This document shows, piece after piece, positions 49,365 through 58,305 of a DNA stretch of 64,000 nt. Within the stretch, counting starts at the first letter, position 1. Every line of letters starts with the position of its first letter. A program made the position numbers and the translations under genes. The notes beneath the pieces were generated by a model that ran no database searches, had not been told where the DNA came from, and saw only the letters and a program-made list of their open reading frames with translations. This stretch comes from a virus, in the IMG/VR virus record IMGVR_UViG_3300042673_001035, positions 52,681 through 116,680 of that record. The stretch is one strand, 5' to 3'.

Positions 49365-49805
49365 TTAGAATTTTTTCTTTTTGAATACATCCGTAAATTT
49401 AGACTTTAGGCCTTTTTTGAAATTTCCACTATCCAATGTGTAAAACTCACTACCATTTCTATCTATAAATTGCCAATGTGCTTCTTGTAAACCAAACCAA
49501 TCGTCTATATGATTCAATACCTGTTTTGGTGTAAAATCCGAACAACTATATAAGTCAAATTGAAACATAACAGGATTTATATTATCCCAAATATGAATTG
49601 ATGCATGTGATGTTGCCAATGTTACCGTTCCGGTCAATCCTTCATTACCAGGTTCATCAACATATACCGATGTGGGCCCTGCTACCACTTTCATTCCTAC
49701 ATTTTGTACTAATTGTGTAAACCATATGTTTAACACTTTTTCTGTTTTTGGTGGTGTCTTAATATACCCCTTTACTAGTAGGTGTAAGTGGTTTGGTACG
49801 AACAT
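49365..49805 (-). CDS. S-adenosylmethionine decarboxylase-like proenzyme
   Basis: HLL, GLTGTVTLATSHASIHIW, FDLYSC. Confidence 0.8.
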   Translation of the reverse strand: MFVPNHLHLLVKGYIKTPPKTEKVLNIWFTQLVQNVGMKVVAGPTSVYVDEPGNEGLTGTVTLATSHASIHIWDNINPVMFQFDLYSCSDFTPKQVLNHIDDWFGLQEAHWQFIDRNGSEFYTLDSGNFKKGLKSKFTDVFKKKKF

Positions 49806-49807
49806 CT

Positions 49808-50443
49808 TTATTTAAATTTTAGGCCTGTTAATTTTTCTATATCTTCTCTTAAAACTTTATTGTTATTTATTCCGTCTGGATTTGATTGGTCATTTTCAAA
49901 TAAGAAAAACATCCACTCTTTTGTTTTTTTAATGTATACAACTTTCCAACATTGTTTTGGAACTGCAACTTTACCTATCCTTCTAATCTCACCTACATTG
50001 CCTGCCCATATACGAACTGAATCATTTTTGACTGCAATTTCTCTTGTTAGGGTTTCCAATGATTTCCAATCTCCCGCATTCAATCTATGTGTTTGTGCAG
50101 CCATATTTGAATAATAGAAACATTCATCTTGTACTACTTGAGTTTGACATTGGTTTGATTTTGCTGGCATCAAATGCCCTCTATCTAAACCACTGCCAAC
50201 ATAGTCGTTTCCAATATTAGTTTCAACTGGTAACAATGGGTCTGGTTTGAAATTATCTTTACGAGGTAATGGAGTTGGACAACCTACTTTTGCTTTGGTT
50301 TCCCACCACTCTACCATTACTGGATATTTTTTTGACTTACTGAAATGTGATGTATAATTTGTATGTTTTAATACTACAACATCTTGTGCAAATAATGTAA
50401 CACTAATAACTAATAGTGTAACTAACAATAATACTTTTTTCAT
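49808..50443 (-). CDS. secreted DNA/RNA non-specific endonuclease
   Basis: Signal peptide; DRGHLMP, NMAAQ..RLN...W..LE, VP...WKV. Confidence 0.9.
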   Translation of the reverse strand: MKKVLLLVTLLVISVTLFAQDVVVLKHTNYTSHFSKSKKYPVMVEWWETKAKVGCPTPLPRKDNFKPDPLLPVETNIGNDYVGSGLDRGHLMPAKSNQCQTQVVQDECFYYSNMAAQTHRLNAGDWKSLETLTREIAVKNDSVRIWAGNVGEIRRIGKVAVPKQCWKVVYIKKTKEWMFFLFENDQSNPDGINNNKVLREDIEKLTGLKFK

Positions 50444-50480
50444 CCTCTTTTTACTTTAGGATAAATATAACATTTTTCAA

Positions 50481-51983
50481 TTATAACATCATTCTACTAC
50501 CTACTAAAAACATATGTAATAGTGGTGTTCCTGGTTGTGTAGAACCATTGAATTTGTAGTTAAAACTGAATCCAAATCTTTTACTTAATTTATAGTCAAA
50601 AGATGAACCCATTAAAAATCCTGCATGTCTATTTACCGTTGTTCCACCCGTTGATGAATTATAAGATAAAGGTGATGACATTACAAATACTTGTGGTGAT
50701 ATTGTAAGTTTCTTCGAATACTGATATGGTTTAGTCCAGAATGCAACAGCTGATGTTATGATAGAATAATCAAATTTATTGTCTGCATTTTTTAAGAATA
50801 AGTTTACCATACCCACATTATAACCATATGTTCCGTATTTAGGATGTGGTTTAATCCACGTATATCCTAACAATCCCATGTAGTTTCCATCCAAATATGC
50901 ACCAGTTACTCCGTAAGAGTGTATTGCATCCAATTTACCCTCATTAAATTCCATTTTAGTATAACCACCACCCAATGCAAATTGTTTCAAATTAGACCAT
51001 ATCATTGCGTTTGCAGAGAACATTTCATCACCCGCCATACTTGCTCTACTCCAACCCAATCCCAATATAGAACCAAACTTTCTATCTGCACTTTCTACAA
51101 CTGAGTAATCCGATGATACTAACATTGGATTTAAGTTACCACTTTTCTTTTTTTCTTCTTTTTTCTTTTCCTCCTTCTTCTCTTCTTTCTTTTCTTCCTT
51201 TTTTTCCTCTTTCTTTTCTTCTTTTTTCTCTTCAGATTTTTTCTCTTCTTTCTTTTCTTCACTCTTACTTTCAGATTTCTTTTCTTCACTCTTACTTTCG
51301 GATTTACTTTCTGATTTCGATTCACTCTTTGTTTCCGTTTTCGTCTCCGATTTTGTTTCAGATGATGAAGAAGAACTACTACTAGATGATGAACTCTCTC
51401 CAGATGATGATGAAGAACTACCCCCACTTTGTGACGAAGATGATGAAGAACTACCCCCACTTTGTGTAGAACCACCACTTGCAGGTGGAGGATTCGATGA
51501 ACTACTACTTGCCGGAGGTGGTGCCGATGCCGTTGGTGCAGGTGGTGGAGGTGCCGATGCTGCCGGTGGTGGAGGTGGTACATTTATAGTAGGTGGTTTT
51601 GCTGCGGTAGATGCTGCCGTACTTGCTGCAGCGGATGCTGCATTACTTGCTGCACTACTTGCGGCGTTTGATGCCGTTTGTGCTACTGCATTGGTTACCG
51701 TTTGTTGAACTACTACATTTGTAGGACATGCCAATGTTGAATATCTAAGATAGACTTGGTTTATCCAAATTTGTAATTGTCCTGTTTGAACTTCTATTGG
51801 TGAAAATGTTCTTACCTCATTGTAAAAAGAAACCGTTGCACTACCATTTATCATTGTTGTAGTTGCAACCTTTCTCTCACCGGTACACTTATCTATAAAT
51901 GATTGGGTATAAGTTTGTCCTTCAGCTTTGTATGCTGTTAGAGATATAACAATTATTATTAAACTTAGTATCCATTTTTTCAT
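50481..51983 (-). CDS. secreted protein with low-complexity linker and probable C-terminal outer-membrane beta-barrel
   Basis: Signal peptide; Ala/Pro/Ser/EK-rich linker; amphipathic strands at the C terminus. Confidence 0.7.
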   Translation of the reverse strand: MKKWILSLIIIVISLTAYKAEGQTYTQSFIDKCTGERKVATTTMINGSATVSFYNEVRTFSPIEVQTGQLQIWINQVYLRYSTLACPTNVVVQQTVTNAVAQTASNAASSAASNAASAAASTAASTAAKPPTINVPPPPPAASAPPPPAPTASAPPPASSSSSNPPPASGGSTQSGGSSSSSSSQSGGSSSSSSGESSSSSSSSSSSSETKSETKTETKSESKSESKSESKSEEKKSESKSEEKKEEKKSEEKKEEKKEEKKEEKKEEKKEEKKKEEKKKSGNLNPMLVSSDYSVVESADRKFGSILGLGWSRASMAGDEMFSANAMIWSNLKQFALGGGYTKMEFNEGKLDAIHSYGVTGAYLDGNYMGLLGYTWIKPHPKYGTYGYNVGMVNLFLKNADNKFDYSIITSAVAFWTKPYQYSKKLTISPQVFVMSSPLSYNSSTGGTTVNRHAGFLMGSSFDYKLSKRFGFSFNYKFNGSTQPGTPLLHMFLVGSRMML

Positions 51984-52282
51984 TATCTATTTCTTGGTAC
52001 TCTTGGTGGTAAAGTTCTTTGTGGAGTACTAGGCCTAATCCATCTATTTGGTTGTACTATTGGTCTACGTGGAACTAGGATAGGTCTTTGTCTTTGTATA
52101 ATGATTGGATTGTAAAATGGTACACCCCATCCGTAATTAAAAAAGAATGGTGATGGAACATATAAATCATCATATACTACTCTTTGTTTTTTTACAACTG
52201 AGTCCTTTTGGTCTACATACACATATCTAACAGGTGTACATGAACTTAATATCAATAATAATCCTAATAATAATTTTTTCAT
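51983..52282 (-). CDS. small Pro/Arg-rich lipoprotein
   Basis: LSSC lipobox. Confidence 0.7.
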   Translation of the reverse strand: MKKLLLGLLLILSSCTPVRYVYVDQKDSVVKKQRVVYDDLYVPSPFFFNYGWGVPFYNPIIIQRQRPILVPRRPIVQPNRWIRPSTPQRTLPPRVPRNR

Positions 52283-52294
52283 ATTATTCTATAT

Positions 52295-52810
52295 TTAGAA
52301 GTTTCTAATAGCCCTGTAGAATATATTTGCGGTTTTTGCTGGCGTTCTCCAAGAACCATCAAATAAAAATATAGCATATGCATTTGTACTATTAAATTGG
52401 GTTGAAGACCAGAACTCAACTTCACCACCAAATCCGCCAATAGCATTTCTATTTACATATAATTGATACAACTCGTCGTAACTTGGTAAGTACCAATCAG
52501 AATAACCTCCTTCTGTTAAATCGCTAGCTAGTTTAGCAGCAATATTGCTTTGATTACAAGCATTTACAATTGCAACTGTATTTGCTGCACCTGTACCTAT
52601 TGCAGTAGCTGTTGCTCCGGGAATGTCTGTACCTTCACATCCCCAATTACAATTTGAGCCTAATGATAATGTTGCTACTAAACCTGACGTACCTGTTGAA
52701 CCTCCTCCGTTTATATAAGCTATAACGCCACCTAATGCAGTTTGACCTATTGTATATGTTGGTGGTGGTACTTTTGATAAACTAAATCCGTTTGTAAATT
52801 CTATTGCCAT
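52295..52810 (-). CDS. DUF1566/Lcl-like domain protein
   Basis: GGYSDWYLPS.DEL, FWSST, RAIRNF. Confidence 0.75.
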   Translation of the reverse strand: MAIEFTNGFSLSKVPPPTYTIGQTALGGVIAYINGGGSTGTSGLVATLSLGSNCNWGCEGTDIPGATATAIGTGAANTVAIVNACNQSNIAAKLASDLTEGGYSDWYLPSYDELYQLYVNRNAIGGFGGEVEFWSSTQFNSTNAYAIFLFDGSWRTPAKTANIFYRAIRNF

Positions 52811-52828
52811 TTTGTTTGTTTTTTATTT

Positions 52829-53551
52829 TTATTTGGTGAATACACCCTTTTTAATCATCTTATCCAAAATATTTGCACATGCAATATCTAATGCTTTCTT
52901 TGTTGAAATACTGATTGTTGATTGATTAAATTTAATTGGGTCTATTGAAGCATCTGATAATAGAGTTAATTGTCTATTTGTTTTAGCTTCACCCAATCCA
53001 CTTGCTGCTATAATAGTTCCGTTCTCTGCATTTGTAAATCTAACCTGCAAACCTAAACGAGTTACTAAGTTATCTTTGATACCATCCTTTAAGTTGATAG
53101 TTTCATCTTCGGATACTGAATAATCATATACTTCAATCTCTACAAAGTAATGTGCTAACTTAATCTTTCCTCTACCATCTAATTTGTTTTCGGAAATACC
53201 AGCTGCTGATGCCTGATATTGCTTTACCATACGATTCTTAATCTCAGTCTTATCTTCGGTAAATTCAAATCTATTAAGGTTATCCAAATATTCTAATACG
53301 ATATTTGCAACACCCAATCCAACTCTTTTTTCTTTTAGTTCAGGGTACATTTCATATACTTCTTCACCAATACCACATTTTAGGATTTGAATATTTTTTT
53401 TAGGGCCTTCATAATCCATAAATTGTGAAATGTCTTTCTTCTTTTCAAAATCTGCTTTGAAATCTTCAGTCTTTGTGCTTCCTATTGTTTGAGCAACACC
53501 CACAACACTGCTTAACAAACAAAAACTTAATAATACTAATAATTTTTTCAT
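52829..53551 (-). CDS. CsgG/HfaB-like secreted protein
   Basis: Signal peptide; L...NRF...E; LGLQVRFTNAENGTII; KKAL pattern. Confidence 0.6.
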   Translation of the reverse strand: MKKLLVLLSFCLLSSVVGVAQTIGSTKTEDFKADFEKKKDISQFMDYEGPKKNIQILKCGIGEEVYEMYPELKEKRVGLGVANIVLEYLDNLNRFEFTEDKTEIKNRMVKQYQASAAGISENKLDGRGKIKLAHYFVEIEVYDYSVSEDETINLKDGIKDNLVTRLGLQVRFTNAENGTIIAASGLGEAKTNRQLTLLSDASIDPIKFNQSTISISTKKALDIACANILDKMIKKGVFTK

Positions 53552-53557
53552 ACATGA

Positions 53558-54280
53558 TTACTTTTCATATAAATATATCTTTCCGATATTATCTATACAA
53601 ATAGCACTCATATTCTCAACCCAATCCCCACTATTGAGATATCTTTTTCCATTAATCATTCTATCCGCAGGTTGGTGGATATGTCCACAAATCACCCCAT
53701 TACATCCTTTTTTGGTGGCCATACTCAATGCAGTAATTTCAAAATCGTTTACATAGTTTGTAGCTACTTTAACACTCCCCTTAATTTTTTGAGATATTGA
53801 AATGTATGGCAATTTTCTCCATTTACGATATATGTTATAAACTCTATTTAACCAAAGTGCAAAATCGTAACCTACTGAACCTATTTTTGATAACCATTTA
53901 TATTTGGTTATAAAAACATCAATAACATCTCCGTGGAAAATATAATAACTCTCCATAGTATTATTGATATCCAACTTATAATCTTCTCTAATTTCAATTG
54001 CTCCCAAATGTGTTCCGATGAACTCTTGTACAAATTCGTCATGGTTACCTCTTATCCAGATAATTCTGGTTTTGTTTGATAATTTTAATAATTTTGAAAT
54101 AACCTTTGTATGTTGTTTTTTCCATTTAGTTCCTCTATTCAAAGCCCAACCATCTATGATATCCCCATTAAGAATAAGTAAGTCGGTTGGATGTTCATCT
54201 AAAAATTGTATAAACTCTTCTGCTTTACTATCTTTAGTTCCCAAATGTAAATCGGATACAATTACTGCTTGATATTTCAT
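53558..54280 (-). CDS. LpxH-like metallophosphoesterase (UDP-2,3-diacylglucosamine hydrolase family)
   Basis: SDLHLG, GDIIDGW, GNHD, HGD, GHIH, NSGDW. Confidence 0.85.
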   Translation of the reverse strand: MKYQAVIVSDLHLGTKDSKAEEFIQFLDEHPTDLLILNGDIIDGWALNRGTKWKKQHTKVISKLLKLSNKTRIIWIRGNHDEFVQEFIGTHLGAIEIREDYKLDINNTMESYYIFHGDVIDVFITKYKWLSKIGSVGYDFALWLNRVYNIYRKWRKLPYISISQKIKGSVKVATNYVNDFEITALSMATKKGCNGVICGHIHQPADRMINGKRYLNSGDWVENMSAICIDNIGKIYLYEK

Positions 54281-54972
54281 TTCCAGTAATTGTGGTGTTT
54301 TTTGAAAAATTCTGTATTGTTTCGGTTGATGTAGCATTTGATACTTAATATAAACATATAAAAAAATCCTTTGTTTTTAAATCTTCTTGCAGATGTCCAC
54401 ACACCTTTTGTATTGTGTATTTTCATACTATCTGCTTTTTGTGAAACCCAATAATCTTCTGCAAATAAATGTGTTTCATCATATCCACCCGTTTTCCAAT
54501 ATGCATCAGTTTTCCATAATTGAAAACCACCAATAGCAAATGGAGTTCCTAACCAATTACTCATTCTTTGTTGAATATCAAATAATCTAAATATCCAATT
54601 GAATCCTTTTTCAGTTTGAAATGGTACAGTCACTAAATCGATATTATATGTTAAACATTCACCCAATATAAATTTATCCTGCAACATTATGTCTGCATCC
54701 AAAAATAAAATGTAGGGTGTAGTTACTAATTTACTGCCATCCAAACGGGCTTTTGCAGGAAAACCACCTTGTATAATTTCTATGTCCAATGAGTATTTAA
54801 AATCTCTTTTAACATAATATAAAAAATCTAAACTATCACCTTCATCGGAGTTATCTGCAATAATAACTTTAAGTCCTGCGGAACCCACTTGCTTTGCAAT
54901 ATATGCAATACACTCATATATGTTATCTCTTTCATTCTTACAAGGTATTACTATCGTTAATAAGTTATCCAT
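54277..54972 (-). CDS. glycosyltransferase family 2
   Basis: IVIPCKNE, FLDAD, GGYDE...AED, TSARR. Confidence 0.9.
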   Translation of the reverse strand: MDNLLTIVIPCKNERDNIYECIAYIAKQVGSAGLKVIIADNSDEGDSLDFLYYVKRDFKYSLDIEIIQGGFPAKARLDGSKLVTTPYILFLDADIMLQDKFILGECLTYNIDLVTVPFQTEKGFNWIFRLFDIQQRMSNWLGTPFAIGGFQLWKTDAYWKTGGYDETHLFAEDYWVSQKADSMKIHNTKGVWTSARRFKNKGFFYMFILSIKCYINRNNTEFFKKHHNYWK

Positions 54973-54982
54973 ATCAATAAAT

Positions 54983-55010
54983 AAAAAACCCCCACCTAAA
55001 GTGAGGGTTT
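54983..55010 (-). terminator. intrinsic terminator
   Basis: AAACCCTCAC-TTTAG-GTGGGGGTTT followed by T tract. Confidence 0.75.
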
Positions 55011-55026
55011 CAATGTTAAGAAATTG

Positions 55027-55302
55027 TTATCCTAATTCTTCGGTTTCAGCTTCTAATTTAGCTGCATCATGTTCTGCTTTCTTATTGATAAATTTATCAA
55101 CTGAAGCGATACCAAATGAACCCAAAGTGATTACCAAAAATCCGTTAAAGATGTATTCGTTAATCAATAATGGTTTGCCCATATATCCTGTTACAAGGTC
55201 AACTACTAAAGCTAAGACCATACAACCGAAAGATGCAAACCCTACAACTGATTTCTCATTAATGTCGTTGCTATCACTAAATAATTCTCTAAAAAATCCC
55301 AT
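55027..55302 (-). CDS. small two-TM membrane protein (holin-like)
   Basis: Two hydrophobic helices and a charged C terminus. Confidence 0.55.
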   Translation of the reverse strand: MGFFRELFSDSNDINEKSVVGFASFGCMVLALVVDLVTGYMGKPLLINEYIFNGFLVITLGSFGIASVDKFINKKAEHDAAKLEAETEELG

Positions 55303-55339
55303 AGTTTTTAATTTAAATTGTTAATACTATGTAACCGAT

Positions 55340-55999
55340 TTATCCTGCCATTTCAGCATCTTCATCTTTTATCTTTCCACACTTCAAACATTCTTCATCA
55401 CCATCACCATCTGCATCACCCCAAATATGTTCACATTGTCTGTGTGCAAAATACATATCAATTTTACCATCACCATCAAAATCAATACCATCCATTGTAC
55501 CATCACCATCTTCATCAACTTCAACACCAGTTCTTGGTTGTGGTTTGAAAGGAGTTTCGATATGTTGTGGGTTATTTGGTTCCGATTTTACATCTACTTT
55601 GTTTGCTTCGATTAAATTGATTTCATGTGCGTTTTTTGCAGCTTGTACAAATGCTTCTGGAATTAATGGAGTATTGTTTGGTGGAGTTACAGGCATATCG
55701 GCAGTATTACTTAATGATGTACCATCTTCCTCATCCATCTTTTGTACTAACATCTTATCCTTATCGGTATCACTAAACCAATAGTCAATGATTTTACCAT
55801 AACTACCAATGAATGCTCCCAATAACAATAATAGAAGTTCTTTCCACTCTCCTGCTATTTCTGATTTAGAAAATATAGCAAAGAACATTCCTCCTATAAT
55901 AAACATAAATCCTCCCAATACTAACGCAGTAATGTACCATCTGCGTTTCATCATATTACTCAATAGGTCTTTAAAACCACTTGGTGTTTGTTCTGCCAT
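55340..55999 (-). CDS. membrane protein with Ca-binding DxDGDG repeats
   Basis: Two TM segments; DEDGDG, DFDGDG, DADGDG; C-terminal Cys cluster. Confidence 0.65.
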   Translation of the reverse strand: MAEQTPSGFKDLLSNMMKRRWYITALVLGGFMFIIGGMFFAIFSKSEIAGEWKELLLLLLGAFIGSYGKIIDYWFSDTDKDKMLVQKMDEEDGTSLSNTADMPVTPPNNTPLIPEAFVQAAKNAHEINLIEANKVDVKSEPNNPQHIETPFKPQPRTGVEVDEDGDGTMDGIDFDGDGKIDMYFAHRQCEHIWGDADGDGDEECLKCGKIKDEDAEMAG

Positions 56000-56025
56000 T
56001 TTATATAAATTTTTATTTTTCTAAA

Positions 56026-56337
56026 TTACCAAGCTGCAGGTTTCTCTTTAAACTCATCACCATCTTTCTTTTTTACAGGAGCTGGTTTTTCTTTTTCAAC
56101 TACTCTTTCTCTTTCGATAACTTTAGTTGTTCCACCTGCAGATTGTGCTTGTTGGTTAGAATTTGTAATGTTAATTACTGGAGCTGCTTGTTGAACTGGA
56201 GCTTCTTTTTCGTCACCACCTGTTAACTTTGTTGTGAACCAACCACCCACACCTAATGTGATTGTTGATACTAAACCGATAAGTATATTCTTAATTGAAC
56301 CACCGGTTGATTCTGATTTTTCTACTTCTTCTGACAT
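56026..56337 (-). CDS. single-pass membrane protein
   Basis: One TM segment near the N terminus. Confidence 0.6.
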   Translation of the reverse strand: MSEEVEKSESTGGSIKNILIGLVSTITLGVGGWFTTKLTGGDEKEAPVQQAAPVINITNSNQQAQSAGGTTKVIERERVVEKEKPAPVKKKDGDEFKEKPAAW

Positions 56338-56349
56338 AAATTGTTGTTT

Positions 56350-56733
56350 TTATAATTTGTTAAAATCTGTTATTCCTAATTGTTTACCACTCATATCATA
56401 TATTCCAATTCTATAAGCAGATGATGGTAGTGCATTTGTATATACTTTTAATACATTGTCACCCACATTTACATCACTTGTAGATTTTGATACAACTTTG
56501 TTTGCAATATCAAATATTCTAATAGTCACAGTTTGTGCTACATCACTTTTTACATTCATTGCAACTTCTGATGTTACGAATGCAGTTTGTAATTTAATAC
56601 CTACTGAATTTGATATTTTTAATTCCGTTGGTAATTCTTGTGCAACTGGTGCAGGTAAGTCTATCTTTCTACAACTCAATGCCAAAAGGGTTACCAAAAA
56701 TCCCAATCCTAAAATTTTGTCGATTTTTCTCAT
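56350..56733 (-). CDS. lipoprotein with Ig-like (T9SS-CTD-like) domain
   Basis: ALSC lipobox; TIRIFDI...LPSSAYRI pattern. Confidence 0.6.
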   Translation of the reverse strand: MRKIDKILGLGFLVTLLALSCRKIDLPAPVAQELPTELKISNSVGIKLQTAFVTSEVAMNVKSDVAQTVTIRIFDIANKVVSKSTSDVNVGDNVLKVYTNALPSSAYRIGIYDMSGKQLGITDFNKL

Positions 56734-56734
56734 T

Positions 56735-57106
56735 TTACTTTACTATTATTATTGTTTTTCCTACTTTACTTTTGTTTTCATCCTCCAATAACAGATATAA
56801 ATATTTAACTGAAAGTGATTTAGTGTATATTTTCTTTTTATTTTGTCCAATTTGTCCGATAAATCTTTCTCTTGTCAAAACTTGGTTATTCACACTATCA
56901 CCTAAAGTCAATGTATACGCACCACTTTTAGGTAATTCAAATTGTATTTCTTGTCCGTTTGATACATTACTTTCTTTAACACTAAATATGTTTGGAACAG
57001 GTTGTGGTGTAGGCATAACTTGTGTTTTTCTACAACCACTAAATAATATTACAAATGTGGTTAAGAAATAAATTACTATGAATGATATTAAATCTTTTTT
57101 ACTCAT
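56735..57106 (-). CDS. lipoprotein with Ig-like domain
   Basis: FSGC lipobox; resembles the neighbouring gene (KIYTKSL vs KVYTNAL). Confidence 0.6.
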   Translation of the reverse strand: MSKKDLISFIVIYFLTTFVILFSGCRKTQVMPTPQPVPNIFSVKESNVSNGQEIQFELPKSGAYTLTLGDSVNNQVLTRERFIGQIGQNKKKIYTKSLSVKYLYLLLEDENKSKVGKTIIIVK

Positions 57107-57999
57107 TAAAATTGAAAGTTTGTTCCTATCATAAATAGGATTGGGTTACTCTTTTTATATCCAACCGATTTACTTAATTTATCCCAAGTTGTGTTATATC
57201 TGATATTGGTATTTAATACAAATCTTTTAGTTATTTTCCAATCCATAGATACACCATAATATAAGTCCAAATTAAAATCATCTACATATGCTAAATCCGA
57301 TTCAGTTCCATCTTTAAATACTTTATATACATCACTCATTGCAAATACTTGCGGTGAAATATCTACCCTCTTTGTTTTCAATGTGTAAGTGTACATCACC
57401 ATACCTCTATAAGTAAGTTCGGATGATGCGGGCATTTGTGGATATATTAAATCTTTAAAATCACCATTTTCATCTACCGTGTATTTCCCTTCCCACTCAC
57501 CCTGATAAGTTCCCCAAAATGATTTTGATGCAATTACACTATAACCAAATGTTCCCCACTTTTTAGTTCTGAACACATCGATAAATGATAATGTAATATC
57601 TTTTTGAAAATCAAAATCAGTTGAGTAGAATGTTTGTATTGTTGTTGTTCTCTTTTCGGTATTTTTACTAAGACCATATCCCACACCATAATAGTTCCAT
57701 ATAGGGTTTATTGATGCTGCGAATGAATGTCCCCACTGCCCATTCATAGATGATTTGTGATATCCTAAATTAAGTGTGGTAGATACTTGTCTCCCAATTA
57801 CACCAACTGAAAGGTTTGATGATGAGAGAACATCTTTTGAGAAATTAACATAGGATTGTAATATACCCACATCGTTCCAGTCATCACTTTCCCCAAATAG
57901 TTCTTTTGGAGATAGTTGCAATGTATCAGGTTTTTGTATTTGGGCATTTGATACAAATCCAATTAAAAGTAGTGATATGATTAATAATAGTTTTTTCAT
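57106..57999 (-). CDS. outer-membrane beta-barrel protein
   Basis: Signal peptide, amphipathic strands, terminal Phe (GTNFQF). Confidence 0.7.
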   Translation of the reverse strand: MKKLLLIISLLLIGFVSNAQIQKPDTLQLSPKELFGESDDWNDVGILQSYVNFSKDVLSSSNLSVGVIGRQVSTTLNLGYHKSSMNGQWGHSFAASINPIWNYYGVGYGLSKNTEKRTTTIQTFYSTDFDFQKDITLSFIDVFRTKKWGTFGYSVIASKSFWGTYQGEWEGKYTVDENGDFKDLIYPQMPASSELTYRGMVMYTYTLKTKRVDISPQVFAMSDVYKVFKDGTESDLAYVDDFNLDLYYGVSMDWKITKRFVLNTNIRYNTTWDKLSKSVGYKKSNPILFMIGTNFQF

Positions 58000-58305
58000 T
58001 TATATAATAAATCTAATATTTTACTTTTGAATTCTCTGTAAAAAACTGATTCGATACTCCATCTCATAAGTTCGTCTTTTCTTTTTCTATATCTTTCGTC
58101 AAATATCCATTTTTCAGTCTCAATATCATCTATTAGGTAAGCCACTTCCATATCTACTTCTTCTTCTTCTCTTCTAAATTGATTATACCAACTACTAGGA
58201 ACTTGAATAAAACACTTAACATTTACAATTTTATATTTACCCGTGTGAGAGATAAAATTCTTCATCTCATTATAGTCAAATAATATATTCATAATTTTCT
58301 CTTTT

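Noticed and set aside
51131-51583. His/Arg/Lys-rich 150-aa ORF
   Set aside because: Alternate-frame artefact of the low-complexity linker in 50481-51983
51140-51680. Tandem short repeats as a DNA repeat element
   Set aside because: They encode the EEKK, SESK, Ser and Ala/Pro linker of a protein
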